Shown piece after piece: positions 1 to 8,925 of a stretch of DNA of 64,000 nt. Under the pieces are notes generated by a model. That model made no database searches. It saw nothing but the letters and a program-made list of their open reading frames with translations, and was not told where the DNA came from. Origin of the DNA: an uncultured Actinomycetes bacterium (GTDB lineage: Bacteria > Actinomycetota > Thermoleophilia > UBA2241); the NCBI GenBank assembly GCA_963725665.1, contig CAVRZA010000004.1, forward strand, positions 512,001 through 576,000, given 5' to 3'. Both the position numbers and the translations under genes were made by a program. The first letter of the stretch is position 1; each line of letters starts with the position of its first letter.

Positions 1-951
1 GCCGGCGTTGCCCAGCATGACAACACGTTGCGCGGGGCGACCGAGGAGCCCTGGCGCGATGAGGAACATGTCCCATTCGCCGCCGGTGAGCACGGTGTCC
101 GCACGCCATTCTGAGTGGATCGCGTAGCCCTCGTTCAGGTAGAGGTAGCGCACCGCCCCCGACGGCTCCTCGTGCTGCACCACCTGGATGAACTGGTAGC
201 GCGACTCGCCCTCGTAGACCAGCCCGCTCTGTGCTTTGACGACACCGGGCGGGATCAGCAGCGCGGCCGCGAGCACGAGGCCGACCACGAGCCAGCGCCA
301 GCCGAGCACGAGCGTAGCCGCCAGAGCAATCAGCGCCGCCGCTCCGAGGAGGGTGCGCTGCGTGCCGACGAGGGGGATGGTCACGAGCGCCGGCACGAAG
401 GTGCCGATGAGGCTGCCGGCCGTCGAGAGGGCGAAGATGCGCCCAGCGGCTCGGCCGGCGGCCTCGATGTCGGCGACCGAGAGGCGGATGGCGAACGGCG
501 TCACCATGCCGAGGAGCACGACCGGCGGCGCGAATAACGCCAGGGCGGCGATGAACGACCCCACGACGGCGCTGGGCGAGAGCGTGTCGACGCCCTTGAT
601 CGAGAGGTCGAGGAACGGTCTCGCGACGAAGGGCACGGCGGCGACGAGGACGGCCGCGGCCAGGACGATGAAGCCGAGGAGGCGGGCGCTGGGCCGCCTG
701 TCGGCCCAGCGCCCGCCGAGCCAGTACCCGAGCGCGAGCGACGCCAGGATGAGGCCGATCACGTTGGCCCACACGATGGTCGAGGAGCCGTAGTAGGGGG
801 CCAGAAGGCGCGACGCCGAGATCTCGGTGGCCATTGAGCCGATGCCGGCGATGAACACGAGCAGGGAGAGCCGCCCGAGGCCGACCGCGTCCGCGGGTCG
901 CGCCTTTTCCCGTCCGGAGCCGTGGGTCAAAGCCTGCGCCTCGTTGCTCAT
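1..951 (-). CDS. Fused MFS/spermidine synthase-like membrane protein (3' end runs off the window)
   Basis: Manual reverse translation from ATG 951 (alternative 960): LLVFIAGIGSMATEISASRLLAPYYGSSTIVWANVIGLILASLALGYWLGG, several TM helices, then ESPYQFIQVV...YLNEGYAIHS...RVVMLGNAG at the start of the SAM-type domain. Not in the ORF track because no stop lies in the window. Confidence 0.85.
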   Translation of the reverse strand, partial: MSNEAQALTHGSGREKARPADAVGLGRLSLLVFIAGIGSMATEISASRLLAPYYGSSTIVWANVIGLILASLALGYWLGGRWADRRPSARLLGFIVLAAAVLVAAVPFVARPFLDLSIKGVDTLSPSAVVGSFIAALALFAPPVVLLGMVTPFAIRLSVADIEAAGRAAGRIFALSTAGSLIGTFVPALVTIPLVGTQRTLLGAAALIALAATLVLGWRWLVVGLVLAAALLIPPGVVKAQSGLVYEGESRYQFIQVVQHEEPSGAVRYLYLNEGYAIHSEWRADTVLTGGEWDMFLIAPGLLGRPAQRVVMLGNAG

Positions 952-1062
952 GAAGGGCATGGTCGCAGCAAGGACGCCCGTGCGTCAAAGGACGGGGGCT
1001 GCGTCTTCGGGGGGCGAGCCCCAGCCTGCGATCGACGACGACGTGTGCGGAGGAGCGGGAAG

Positions 1063-1138
1063 TGGTGGAGGTAACCGGGCTCGAACCGGTGACCTTTTGG
1101 CTGCCAGCCAAACGCTCTCCCAACTGAGCTATACCCCC
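1063..1138 (-). tRNA. tRNA-Ala(GGC)
   Basis: Reverse complement GGGGGTATAGCTCAGTTGGGAGAGCGTTTGGCTGGCAGCCAAAAGGTCACCGGTTCGAGCCCGGTTACCTCCACCA: cloverleaf, anticodon GGC, G3:U70 Ala identity pair, encoded CCA. Confidence 0.97.
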
Positions 1139-1316
1139 ACCGGGGGCCGACGTGCACAGCCGGCGAATGCACAGTATAGCCCGCCGGGGGAGGTGCTGAA
1201 AACTCCCGCCAGGCTCGGAACGGCGGCCGGCGGTCGCGCTCGGCCGACGTCGGACGCAAACGGACGGGCGCGGCGAAAGGGCCGCGTTTTGCAGAGCTTT
1301 CGCCGCGCCCGCCACG

Positions 1317-1345
1317 TGGACAGCCCCTACTCTGAAGCCTACAAT
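1317..1345 (+). promoter_or_regulatory. Housekeeping-sigma promoter for the metallophosphoesterase gene
   Basis: TGGACA-N17-TACAAT. Confidence 0.6.
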
Positions 1346-1471
1346 GGGAAGCGCGCCGACCGCTCCTCTCCTCTCAGAGTCCCTTCAGCGTAAAGGTTCG
1401 TCCTCCGCGTCCGACATCTCCTAGAGCCGGCTCCTGGAACGCCGGCGTGATGCGAGCGCACGGAGTCTAGT

Positions 1472-2923
1472 GTGATGGCCGACATGCTGCGCCGACTGGC
1501 CGCCCACCTACGCCGGAACCGCGTGCCGCTCCTCAAGGGCGGCTTGAGGTTCGTCCTCGTGCTGCTGCTGGTCGTCGTCGTGGTGCAGATCTTTGCTCCG
1601 TCGACGTACCGCCTCGCCGAAGGACTCGTGACCTTCCAGCTCGCGCCCTCATGGCCGGGCGGCAAAGTCATCATGCCGCTGGGACCCGCTGGGGTGCTCC
1701 AGCTCGCCACGCACCACACGCCTGTGAACCTCAAGCTCGACTTCACCCTGAACGATAGCGTGCCCTCGGTCAGCGAGGCCCAAGCCCTGCTCAGCGGCCT
1801 GCCCGGACTGCGGCCGGACGCGGTGGCGGCGTTCTACGGCTTCCTCGAGAGTCGCATCCCGTGGCTGCTTCTGCTGGGGGCACTCGCCGGCGTGCTCGTG
1901 GCGAACGGCGGCCGGCATTGGCTGCGCAGGACGTTCCTGCACGCGCTGTACGGCGTGGGACTCGTGGCGCTCCTCACGGCGGCCTTCGTCGGCGTGACGC
2001 TCCTCACCTTCGACTCAACGCCGGCGGTGCAGTATCAGGGTCTGGCCAAGAACCTGCCGCGCGTCGTTGAGCTCGTACGCCGCATCAACGCCGACTCCGG
2101 GGTGACCGAGAGCGGCATCGACGATTTCGTGCGCGGCATCCAGACCGTCGCCGCTCAGCTCGGCTCGGCGGCCCACGCCCCGTCGGGCGACGTCACGCGG
2201 GTGCTGGTCGTGAGCGACATGCACGACAACGTTGTAGGCATGATGCTCGCCTCGTCGCTGGCAAAGGACCAGACGGACCCGTTCTCGTTCGTCCTTCTGG
2301 CCGGCGACATAACGACGCGGGGAACCAACCCCGAAGCGCAGCTCTTCACGCACCAGTTCTCGAGCGACGGCCTGCCTGTGCTGATGGTGGGAGGAAACCA
2401 CGAGGACTACCCGGCGATGAAGGTGTTCCAGCGGGCCGGCTACCGTCTACTCGACGACTCGGCCGAGTCAGAGGGCGGCCTCAGCGTGTTCGGGGTGACC
2501 GACCCCAAGGCTTGGTCCCTGGAGGCGACGCCGGACCAGGGGCTCCTCGAGGCGGGTGGGGCGGCGGCTCTGGACCGCTTCCAGCGGCTCGAGCCGCCGC
2601 CCCAGGTCTTCCTGGTGCACGACTTCGCCGAGGCACGAGCGATCGTCGAGTACGCGAAAGAGCGAGGCCTGTCGCTCACGGTCGTCTACGGGCACGACCA
2701 CGTGGCCTCGGTGAAGCGCGACGGCACCGTGACACTCGTCGACGCCGGCACGAGTGGCGCGTCGGGCTACCTCACGCTGGGGCAGGAAGGCTCGCCGCCG
2801 TACACGTTCCAGATCCTCGACTTCTCACGGGAGCCCGAGCCCAGACTCCTCTCGGTGACGACCATGAGCTACGAGGGTCTGTACGGCAGATCGACCGCGA
2901 CCTACACGCCCATCGCGCGCTGA
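1472..2923 (+). CDS. Membrane-anchored calcineurin-like metallophosphoesterase
   Basis: Three hydrophobic segments in the N-terminal half, then the motifs SDMHDN, AGDIT, GGNHE, VHD and GHDH. Confidence 0.85.
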   Translation: MMADMLRRLAAHLRRNRVPLLKGGLRFVLVLLLVVVVVQIFAPSTYRLAEGLVTFQLAPSWPGGKVIMPLGPAGVLQLATHHTPVNLKLDFTLNDSVPSVSEAQALLSGLPGLRPDAVAAFYGFLESRIPWLLLLGALAGVLVANGGRHWLRRTFLHALYGVGLVALLTAAFVGVTLLTFDSTPAVQYQGLAKNLPRVVELVRRINADSGVTESGIDDFVRGIQTVAAQLGSAAHAPSGDVTRVLVVSDMHDNVVGMMLASSLAKDQTDPFSFVLLAGDITTRGTNPEAQLFTHQFSSDGLPVLMVGGNHEDYPAMKVFQRAGYRLLDDSAESEGGLSVFGVTDPKAWSLEATPDQGLLEAGGAAALDRFQRLEPPPQVFLVHDFAEARAIVEYAKERGLSLTVVYGHDHVASVKRDGTVTLVDAGTSGASGYLTLGQEGSPPYTFQILDFSREPEPRLLSVTTMSYEGLYGRSTATYTPIAR

Positions 2924-2955
2924 CGCGAACGGCCCATGAGGCCCGGCTGGCGACC

Positions 2956-2994
2956 CACGCGCGGAGCCCCGGCGATGCCGGGGCTCCGCGCGTG
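2956..2994. terminator. GC-rich hairpin between convergent genes
   Basis: Perfect 18-bp stem CACGCGCGGAGCCCCGGC-GAT-GCCGGGGCTCCGCGCGTG. Confidence 0.7.
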
Positions 2995-3090
2995 CGGTCA
3001 AGACCACCTGACGGTGACTCATAAGGGCCTCAGCTCACGACCCACGTAGAACTCGTGCTCGGTCCGCGGTCCGTCGTGCCTCCGCGGGAC

Positions 3091-3690
3091 CTACTGTACG
3101 CTGAACGAGATGGGCAGCGTAAAGTCGTCCGCCTGCACCATGTAGGGGCTGTTTAGCGGCAGGAACTCCCCGGTGGCGGGGTCGGTCCACGTCGGGAAGG
3201 CGCGGGGCACTGACTCCCTCACCCAGCCGCTGTAGTGACCCGGGCGCAGCTTGCCGAGTGGCACCCACCAGTCACGCGCCCAAGTCTGATCATCCGGGGC
3301 GGCGGGGTCCCACTTGTAGGCCGGGCTCCAGTAGCGGAGTCCACACGCAGCCCTGGTGATCGCGAAGCTCCAACACCCGGTCGAGCGCGAGATCGCCATG
3401 GTGTGGAACCACTCGGCCGGAATGAGCGTCGCGCCCAGCCTCGTGTCGAACCACTCCGCGGTGACGACCACCTTGTAGTCGTGCGGGATCGGGACGTTGT
3501 TGACGCCGGTGTGGTCGATGATGTCGTAGGGACCCGTACCGGCCCATTCGAGCCAGCCGCCCCCCTCGCCCTGGATCCAGTAGGGGATGTAAGCGGTGTG
3601 CTGCTGTGGCGCATAGAAGGCCGATGCCGGGGCCGCGAACAGGCCCAGGCAGGCGGCGGCAAGCACGAACACAAGCAGGTATCTCTTCAT
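3091..3690 (-). CDS. Secreted hypothetical protein (199 aa, Trp/Pro-rich)
   Basis: SD GAAAGGA before ATG 3690; Sec signal MKRYLLVFVLAAACLGLFAAPASA|F. No family recognised. Confidence 0.75.
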   Translation of the reverse strand: MKRYLLVFVLAAACLGLFAAPASAFYAPQQHTAYIPYWIQGEGGGWLEWAGTGPYDIIDHTGVNNVPIPHDYKVVVTAEWFDTRLGATLIPAEWFHTMAISRSTGCWSFAITRAACGLRYWSPAYKWDPAAPDDQTWARDWWVPLGKLRPGHYSGWVRESVPRAFPTWTDPATGEFLPLNSPYMVQADDFTLPISFSVQ

Positions 3691-3872
3691 GGCGTGGGTC
3701 CTTTCGTGGCGTGCGGGTGGTGCGCACGCAAGCCCCTTGGTAGCGTGCGTCTTCTCCTCGGCTGAACCATAGGCACCCCCTGTGCCGATACCCCCGGAAC
3801 GACCGGCCCCAAGAACCACGCGGACCGTGTGCGGCCCGCCTGACGCCAAGGTCGGCTGCTGCTGACGTACGC

Positions 3873-3905
3873 CCCTTTTGATGCGTAGAAGTCGGCGAAG
3901 GATCA
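3873..3905 (-). promoter_or_regulatory. Putative ECF-sigma promoter, copy 2
   Basis: TGATCC-N15-GCATCAAAAGGG, matching the copy at 6980-7012. Confidence 0.6.
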
Positions 3906-4031
3906 ACCGAAAGCAGAGAGATGACCGGATGCGCGGGAGCGACATCCACGAGAGGAGGTCTTCTGAGTGGCGGGTGTCGGCGGCGCGAGGACCTGAGGCG
4001 ATCGGAGGGCGCGGGAGAGCAGGAGGAGGCC

Positions 4032-6224
4032 TCAGCGGAAGGGCATGTTCCCCTTCGCGCAGTAGAGGGTCTCACGAGCGATCTTGCCGTCTCGAATCTC
4101 GAGGACGGTCAGCCCCGCGACGCCTTCATATCCCGACGAGCCACTGGAGGCCGTCCATCTGACCACGGCCCATCCCGGTCCGGAGAACGTCCGAATGCGG
4201 GTGAAGGCGAGGTCACCTGGATAGGCGAACATTCGTTCATACCGCCTCAGCAGCTCCTTGCGCCGGCCGTGGTCGCCATAGCCCACGTCGAGGAACAGGA
4301 CGTCGGCGGCACTGATGCGCGCGAGCCTCGGGGCATCCTTCTCCCTCAGAGCGGCGGTATATGAGAGGGCGACCCGCTGCGCCGCTGAGGAGGTATCGGC
4401 GGGACCGGGCCGCGTGCGCAGCCGAACGGGATGCGGACTCACCTGGCCGGCCTTCGTGTTCGGGCCCTCGACCCAGAAGAAATCCTCGCGCGCGATCCTC
4501 TCGCCGCGCACCGTGACCACCTCGGCGACCGCTTCGGGGCTGTACCATCCTCCGACCGCGACGTAGCTGCCCGGCCACGCCTCCCACAGCGCTGCCCCCC
4601 GGCCGACGTAGGTCGAGACCGTCTTTCCGGTGACGAGGATCTCGGCCATGTCGCTGTTCCTGACCAGGACCTGCTCCTTGCCCCTCGCCCTCGCGTAGGC
4701 GTAGTGGTCGACGAGCCGAACCCCGTTCGTGAAGAGGTCGCTCAACCTGCTGAGATCGTTGGCTCTGGTCGCCGAAGCGTAGGCGTTGAACACCGTTCGC
4801 GTGCGCCACACCCCGTACGTCTCCAGCGACTCCGCGATCGACAGGAGATTGCGTCGCGTCACGTCGCCGGCCACCGTCACGAGAAGCCCGTTGCGAAGTG
4901 CCCACAGGTGGGGTAGTTCCAGCGCGTGTACGCTGAGGCGAGCGCGTGCCCCACTGAGGGCACCTGCCCGTAGTAGCACCTTCGCCGAGCTGGAGGTTCC
5001 CTTGAGCGAGGACCTGACGAAGGGGTCGTGTCCCGGGTCGGGGAGGGCGCCGTTGAAAGACCGTGTGGTGACGACGATGCTACGGAAGCCCCTGCGGTAC
5101 ACCAGGGACGCCACCCCGGACTCGTTGGAGAGCCAGGGCTTCTCGAGGGTCACCTCCGGCGTCTTGACCGCCACCAGTGAGAGCGTGAAGCCGTGGGGCA
5201 GCCTCTCCGGAACGAAGAGACGCCCGTGCACGGCCGAGCTCGCCTTCGACAGGGAGAGACGGTGGAACCCCTGATCCTTGCCGGTGATCAGCGCCGCGCT
5301 GCTGGGAAGCTGGACGGCGAAATCGGAGGCTACAAGCGGCGGATCGAGGCGCACCTGGCTGAACCCCCAGGTCTCCACCGCCGTGCCGTGGTAGGTCCTG
5401 ATTACCCGCACAGGGAGCCAGGTCTTGCGATCGATGAGCATGGAGACCTCGTCGAAGCGCGGTGACGAAGAGCCTTCCGCTCCAAGCGTGACTGCCGACG
5501 TGGGCTCGGCGGGAGCGGTGACCACGAGCGCCGGTCGGCCTTCATACGTCGAAGTGGACACCTTGGCGTCGGCGATGGCGAGCGGGCTCATCTGGCCCGC
5601 GTATTCCACGGGGAAGAGCCCGCTGCCGACGGCGTCGGGGGCTCCCGGGGCGAGGTTGATGCTGCGTGCGACGGTAAGTCCGTTCTCGGAGTTCCAGGCT
5701 TCGGTCCGCGTCCCGTCGGGCAGGCTTCTCACCTCTACGTGCAGTCGTGGGGTGTCAGTAAGAGTCGCGCCGGCAGCCGGAAGTCGCCACGAGCCGTCCG
5801 CAACGCTGATGGCCGACGTCTTCACGCGGCCGTCGCTGGTCGCCAGGACGCGCGCCTGGATCAGGGGAGCACCCTTGCGTTGGTAGTAGAAGATCGCGCT
5901 CAGCGAGCGGCACGAATCCAGACGCAGCCTGACGTTGTCGATGACTTGCGCGACAGCCGGAGGCGGGGCCACCATCCCCTGCTCTCGGCTCAACGGCCAG
6001 CCGACGAGCGACACGGCCATCCAGACGGCGACGGCGGCCGCGGCGAGCGCCACCGCGACGAGCCGCGACCGCCGGAACACCGGCCGCCGTGCGGGGCGCT
6101 CGACAGGCCTGGTCTCTGAGGCGTCGATCCTCTCCCAGAGCCGTTCGTGGAACCGCGGCTTCGCCGGCGGCGCCTCGAGGGTGCCCAGCAAGCGCTTCAG
6201 GTCCTGATCGGGCTTCTCGCTCAT
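4032..6224 (-). CDS. Putative anti-sigma factor: short cytoplasmic N-terminus, one TM helix, LolA/RseB-like region, two C-terminal SnoaL/NTF2-like domains
   Basis: ATGA overlap with the ECF sigma stop; TM LVAVALAAAAVAVWMAVSLVGW; MLIDRKTWLPVRV...FSQVRLDPPLVASDF (LolA-like); two repeats ending VVTVRGERIAREDFF and VLEIRDGKIARETLY (SnoaL-like). Confidence 0.7.
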   Translation of the reverse strand: MSEKPDQDLKRLLGTLEAPPAKPRFHERLWERIDASETRPVERPARRPVFRRSRLVAVALAAAAVAVWMAVSLVGWPLSREQGMVAPPPAVAQVIDNVRLRLDSCRSLSAIFYYQRKGAPLIQARVLATSDGRVKTSAISVADGSWRLPAAGATLTDTPRLHVEVRSLPDGTRTEAWNSENGLTVARSINLAPGAPDAVGSGLFPVEYAGQMSPLAIADAKVSTSTYEGRPALVVTAPAEPTSAVTLGAEGSSSPRFDEVSMLIDRKTWLPVRVIRTYHGTAVETWGFSQVRLDPPLVASDFAVQLPSSAALITGKDQGFHRLSLSKASSAVHGRLFVPERLPHGFTLSLVAVKTPEVTLEKPWLSNESGVASLVYRRGFRSIVVTTRSFNGALPDPGHDPFVRSSLKGTSSSAKVLLRAGALSGARARLSVHALELPHLWALRNGLLVTVAGDVTRRNLLSIAESLETYGVWRTRTVFNAYASATRANDLSRLSDLFTNGVRLVDHYAYARARGKEQVLVRNSDMAEILVTGKTVSTYVGRGAALWEAWPGSYVAVGGWYSPEAVAEVVTVRGERIAREDFFWVEGPNTKAGQVSPHPVRLRTRPGPADTSSAAQRVALSYTAALREKDAPRLARISAADVLFLDVGYGDHGRRKELLRRYERMFAYPGDLAFTRIRTFSGPGWAVVRWTASSGSSGYEGVAGLTVLEIRDGKIARETLYCAKGNMPFR

Positions 6225-6976
6225 GGCGTCTCCGCGCTGACGGGAGAAGGCGGATCCCCTTGCATCGTCTCCGGCATGACCTGCGCCGATGTGAGGGCTT
6301 CCCGAAGCGCCGCCCGCGCCGCGTTGAGGCGGGAGCAGACAGTGCCCTTCGGCACGTCGAGCACCTCCGCGACGGAGCGGTAGTCGAAGCCGTCGCGGTC
6401 GACGAGCAGCACGACGACGCGCTGCTCCGGGCTCAGACCGGCCAGCGCCGAAGCCACCTGGGTGCGCGTGATGTAGCGGTCGGCGAGATCAGGGTCGGTG
6501 CCGAGGACCTCCTCGGACTCTTCGTAGCTGACGCTGCCGCCGCGTGCCCGGCGCAGATACCCCATGCACACGGTGTACGTGATGCGATAGAACCACGTGC
6601 CGAGCGAGGAGCGGCGACGAAAGGCCGGCAGTCCGCGGAACGCATTGAAGAAGGTGTCCTGAAGAGCGTCGTCGACCAGGTCGGCGTCGTGCAGCAGATG
6701 GAAGGCCAGCAGACGCAGGCGATCAAGATACAGGTCGACGATGGCGTCGAAGGCGGCACGGTCCCCGCGCTGGGCGGCTGCCAGCGTGAAGGGGTCGATC
6801 TCGCGGAGCTTCGTCGCTGTAGCCGGGGATTGCGGCGCGAGATCATCCTCTAGACCAGTGGGTCCCGTGTCTCCCACCGTACCCCCAACGATGGCGCCTG
6901 CTCTCGGCCGCCAGGCCGGCCGAGAGCCGCTCTCCATTGTCGCCGCCAGCGCCACCACTGTGACTCCTCGTGTCAC
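6221..6976 (-). CDS. ECF (group 4) RNA polymerase sigma factor; start uncertain (6976, 6958 or 6937)
   Basis: Region 2: AAQRGDRAAFDAIV...DDALQDTFFNAFRGLPAF...WFYRI. Region 4: LSPEQRVVVLL...YRSVAEVLDVPKGTVCSRLNAARAALR. Confidence 0.93.
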   Translation of the reverse strand: MTRGVTVVALAATMESGSRPAWRPRAGAIVGGTVGDTGPTGLEDDLAPQSPATATKLREIDPFTLAAAQRGDRAAFDAIVDLYLDRLRLLAFHLLHDADLVDDALQDTFFNAFRGLPAFRRRSSLGTWFYRITYTVCMGYLRRARGGSVSYEESEEVLGTDPDLADRYITRTQVASALAGLSPEQRVVVLLVDRDGFDYRSVAEVLDVPKGTVCSRLNAARAALREALTSAQVMPETMQGDPPSPVSAETP

Positions 6977-6979
6977 CTG

Positions 6980-7012
6980 CCCTTTGGATGCCCGGCGGTG
7001 CCGAGGGAATCA
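6980..7012 (-). promoter_or_regulatory. Putative autoregulatory ECF promoter, copy 1
   Basis: TGATTC-N15-GCATCCAAAGGG immediately upstream of the sigma gene. Confidence 0.6.
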
Positions 7013-7022
7013 GATGAGACGC

Positions 7023-8678
7023 CTACTTCACCCACACCATCCACATGTCGATGACGCCCATCGGGTCCAGCGCCTGGTCCTGGACCCGGTTGTTGGCGAC
7101 GCGAAAGTCGCGATAGAAGTACAGAGGGATCACAGGGGCGTCGGAGAGGATCTTCTTCTCCGCCTGGGCGTACAGGTCGAGCCGCCGGCTCTCGTCGAGG
7201 GTGCCTCGCGCTTCCTCCAGGAGTCGGTCGACCTGTGAGTTGTTGTAGAAGGTCCACAGGGTGCCGGCCCCGGACGAACTGCTATGGAAGAGGTCGTAGA
7301 GGAAGTTGTCGGCCGACGGGTAGTCGACCGCCCAGCCGCTGATGTAGAGCCCACCTTCACCCTTGATCCCCTCACGGATCCAGGAGTTCCACTCCAAGCC
7401 CTCAAGCGTGACGTCGAGGCCGACCGACCTCCAACCGGAGAGCAGAGGTGCCTCGAGGTTGCTGAATCCCTGTGACGACCCGCCCTGCGTTTCCAGGGAC
7501 AGGTAGCGGAGGGTAGGCAGGGGGGCGATCTGCTTGACGAGCTGTTTGGCCTTCTCAGCGTCGGATGGGTAGACAAGGCCGCCGGAATCGTCGTGAGGGA
7601 TGCCGTCGGGGACCAGCCCTGTGGCGGCTATGCTGGCGTTGTCCTTGGCGGCGATCACCGCGGCGCGATCGACGGAGTAGCTCAAGGCCTGGCGGAGCGG
7701 GAGGTTCGCAGGGCCGCCTACACGCGCGTTTTTCTGACTCATGCCGACGAGGATCAGGCACAGCTGGGGCCACGCTCTTGCACTCCACGAGCCGTCCCGC
7801 ACCTTGAGATGGTCTCGCGCCGCAGCCACCTGGTCCCTGGGCACCGAGGTGAAGTCGATCGCTCCCTTCTGGAACTCCCGCCACTGCGTATCCACGTCCA
7901 TGATGGGCATGTGGATCCTGTCGACATACCCCGCGTGCTCCGGGTCCCAGTAGTCCGGGTTCTTCACCAGGTCGACATACTCGCCGTGGATCCAGCGGTC
8001 GACCATGTACGGGCCCGTGCCGATCGGCTTGTTGCGGAAGGCCTCGTGACCGACCTTCTCCATGTAGTCGCGAGGCCAGACTCCTGCGACGGGGTGGCCG
8101 AGATGCAGGTAGAAGTCGGCGAGCGGGTACTTGAGCGTGACCCGCACGGTGTAGCGATCGAGAGCCTTCACGCCGCTCAGGCCCTTCTCGGCGTAGCCAT
8201 TGACGTCGGTACCCTTGATCGGCGACAGCACGAAGGTCAGGGCCGAGTTGTTCGCAGGGTCTGTGACGTAGTTCCAGTCGTTCACGAAGTCCTGCGCCGT
8301 GACCTCCCGGCTCACCGGCGGCTGGAACATGACGCCCTTCTTCAGCCTGAACGTCCACACGGTCGCCTCGGCGTTGACGCTCCAGCTCTCGGCGAGACCG
8401 GGCACTCCCCTCACGGTGCCGTCGCTCCCGGTCTCATAGCGCACCAGGCCCTGGAAGACCTGGTGGTTCACCAGGATGCTCTGGTCCTCGTAGACGTTCA
8501 GGGGCTCGATGGAGGCAGGCTCTGACTCGAGCGGCACGACGTAGGTGCCGCCCGGGACCGGCGTCGGGCTCGGAGCTGAGGCCTTGCTCTCTCCGGCGCA
8601 GCCGGAGACGGTGAGCAACAGGATGATGACGGCGGCCAGCAGGAGGAGGGACGCAGGCGATGTGCGAGAGAACCTCAT
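7023..8678 (-). CDS. ABC transporter substrate-binding lipoprotein, family 5 (OppA/DppA-like)
   Basis: Lipobox VSGC; [60 protein letters not shown]. Confidence 0.92.
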   Translation of the reverse strand: MRFSRTSPASLLLLAAVIILLLTVSGCAGESKASAPSPTPVPGGTYVVPLESEPASIEPLNVYEDQSILVNHQVFQGLVRYETGSDGTVRGVPGLAESWSVNAEATVWTFRLKKGVMFQPPVSREVTAQDFVNDWNYVTDPANNSALTFVLSPIKGTDVNGYAEKGLSGVKALDRYTVRVTLKYPLADFYLHLGHPVAGVWPRDYMEKVGHEAFRNKPIGTGPYMVDRWIHGEYVDLVKNPDYWDPEHAGYVDRIHMPIMDVDTQWREFQKGAIDFTSVPRDQVAAARDHLKVRDGSWSARAWPQLCLILVGMSQKNARVGGPANLPLRQALSYSVDRAAVIAAKDNASIAATGLVPDGIPHDDSGGLVYPSDAEKAKQLVKQIAPLPTLRYLSLETQGGSSQGFSNLEAPLLSGWRSVGLDVTLEGLEWNSWIREGIKGEGGLYISGWAVDYPSADNFLYDLFHSSSSGAGTLWTFYNNSQVDRLLEEARGTLDESRRLDLYAQAEKKILSDAPVIPLYFYRDFRVANNRVQDQALDPMGVIDMWMVWVK

Positions 8679-8925
8679 GCTGCCCCCCCAGGAGAAGATC
8701 CCCAGTGACGCCATTCTAGTCCCGCAAACGCCTCGCTCCAAGGAGTGTCTCGTACGGGACAGGTCGCCGCAAGTCGGGTGGCCACAATCGGCCCGCCGGG
8801 GTTTCTCCCAGCCGTCTGGTGGCGACGCTGTGTCTGTGTGCGGCGCCCTTTTGGCGCCGCAGGCACGCCCTGCGATAATAGGCAGCCGTGCCCGGGCCGA
8901 CGGGGTCCGATGCAGAGGGGACGGC

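Noticed and set aside
115-1393. Plus-strand ORFs 115-537, 236-793 and 827-1393
   Set aside because: Antisense shadows of the minus-strand MFS/spermidine synthase gene and tRNA-Ala; no protein-like features.
1063-8678. Genomic island integrated at tRNA-Ala
   Set aside because: The accessory genes lie on the 5' side of the tRNA; no integrase and no duplicated tRNA 3' end were seen.
8680-8925. T-box leader upstream of leuS
   Set aside because: No GGTGGNACCGCG T-box motif or specifier stem, and a -10-like TGcGATAAT lies only ~45 nt from the start.
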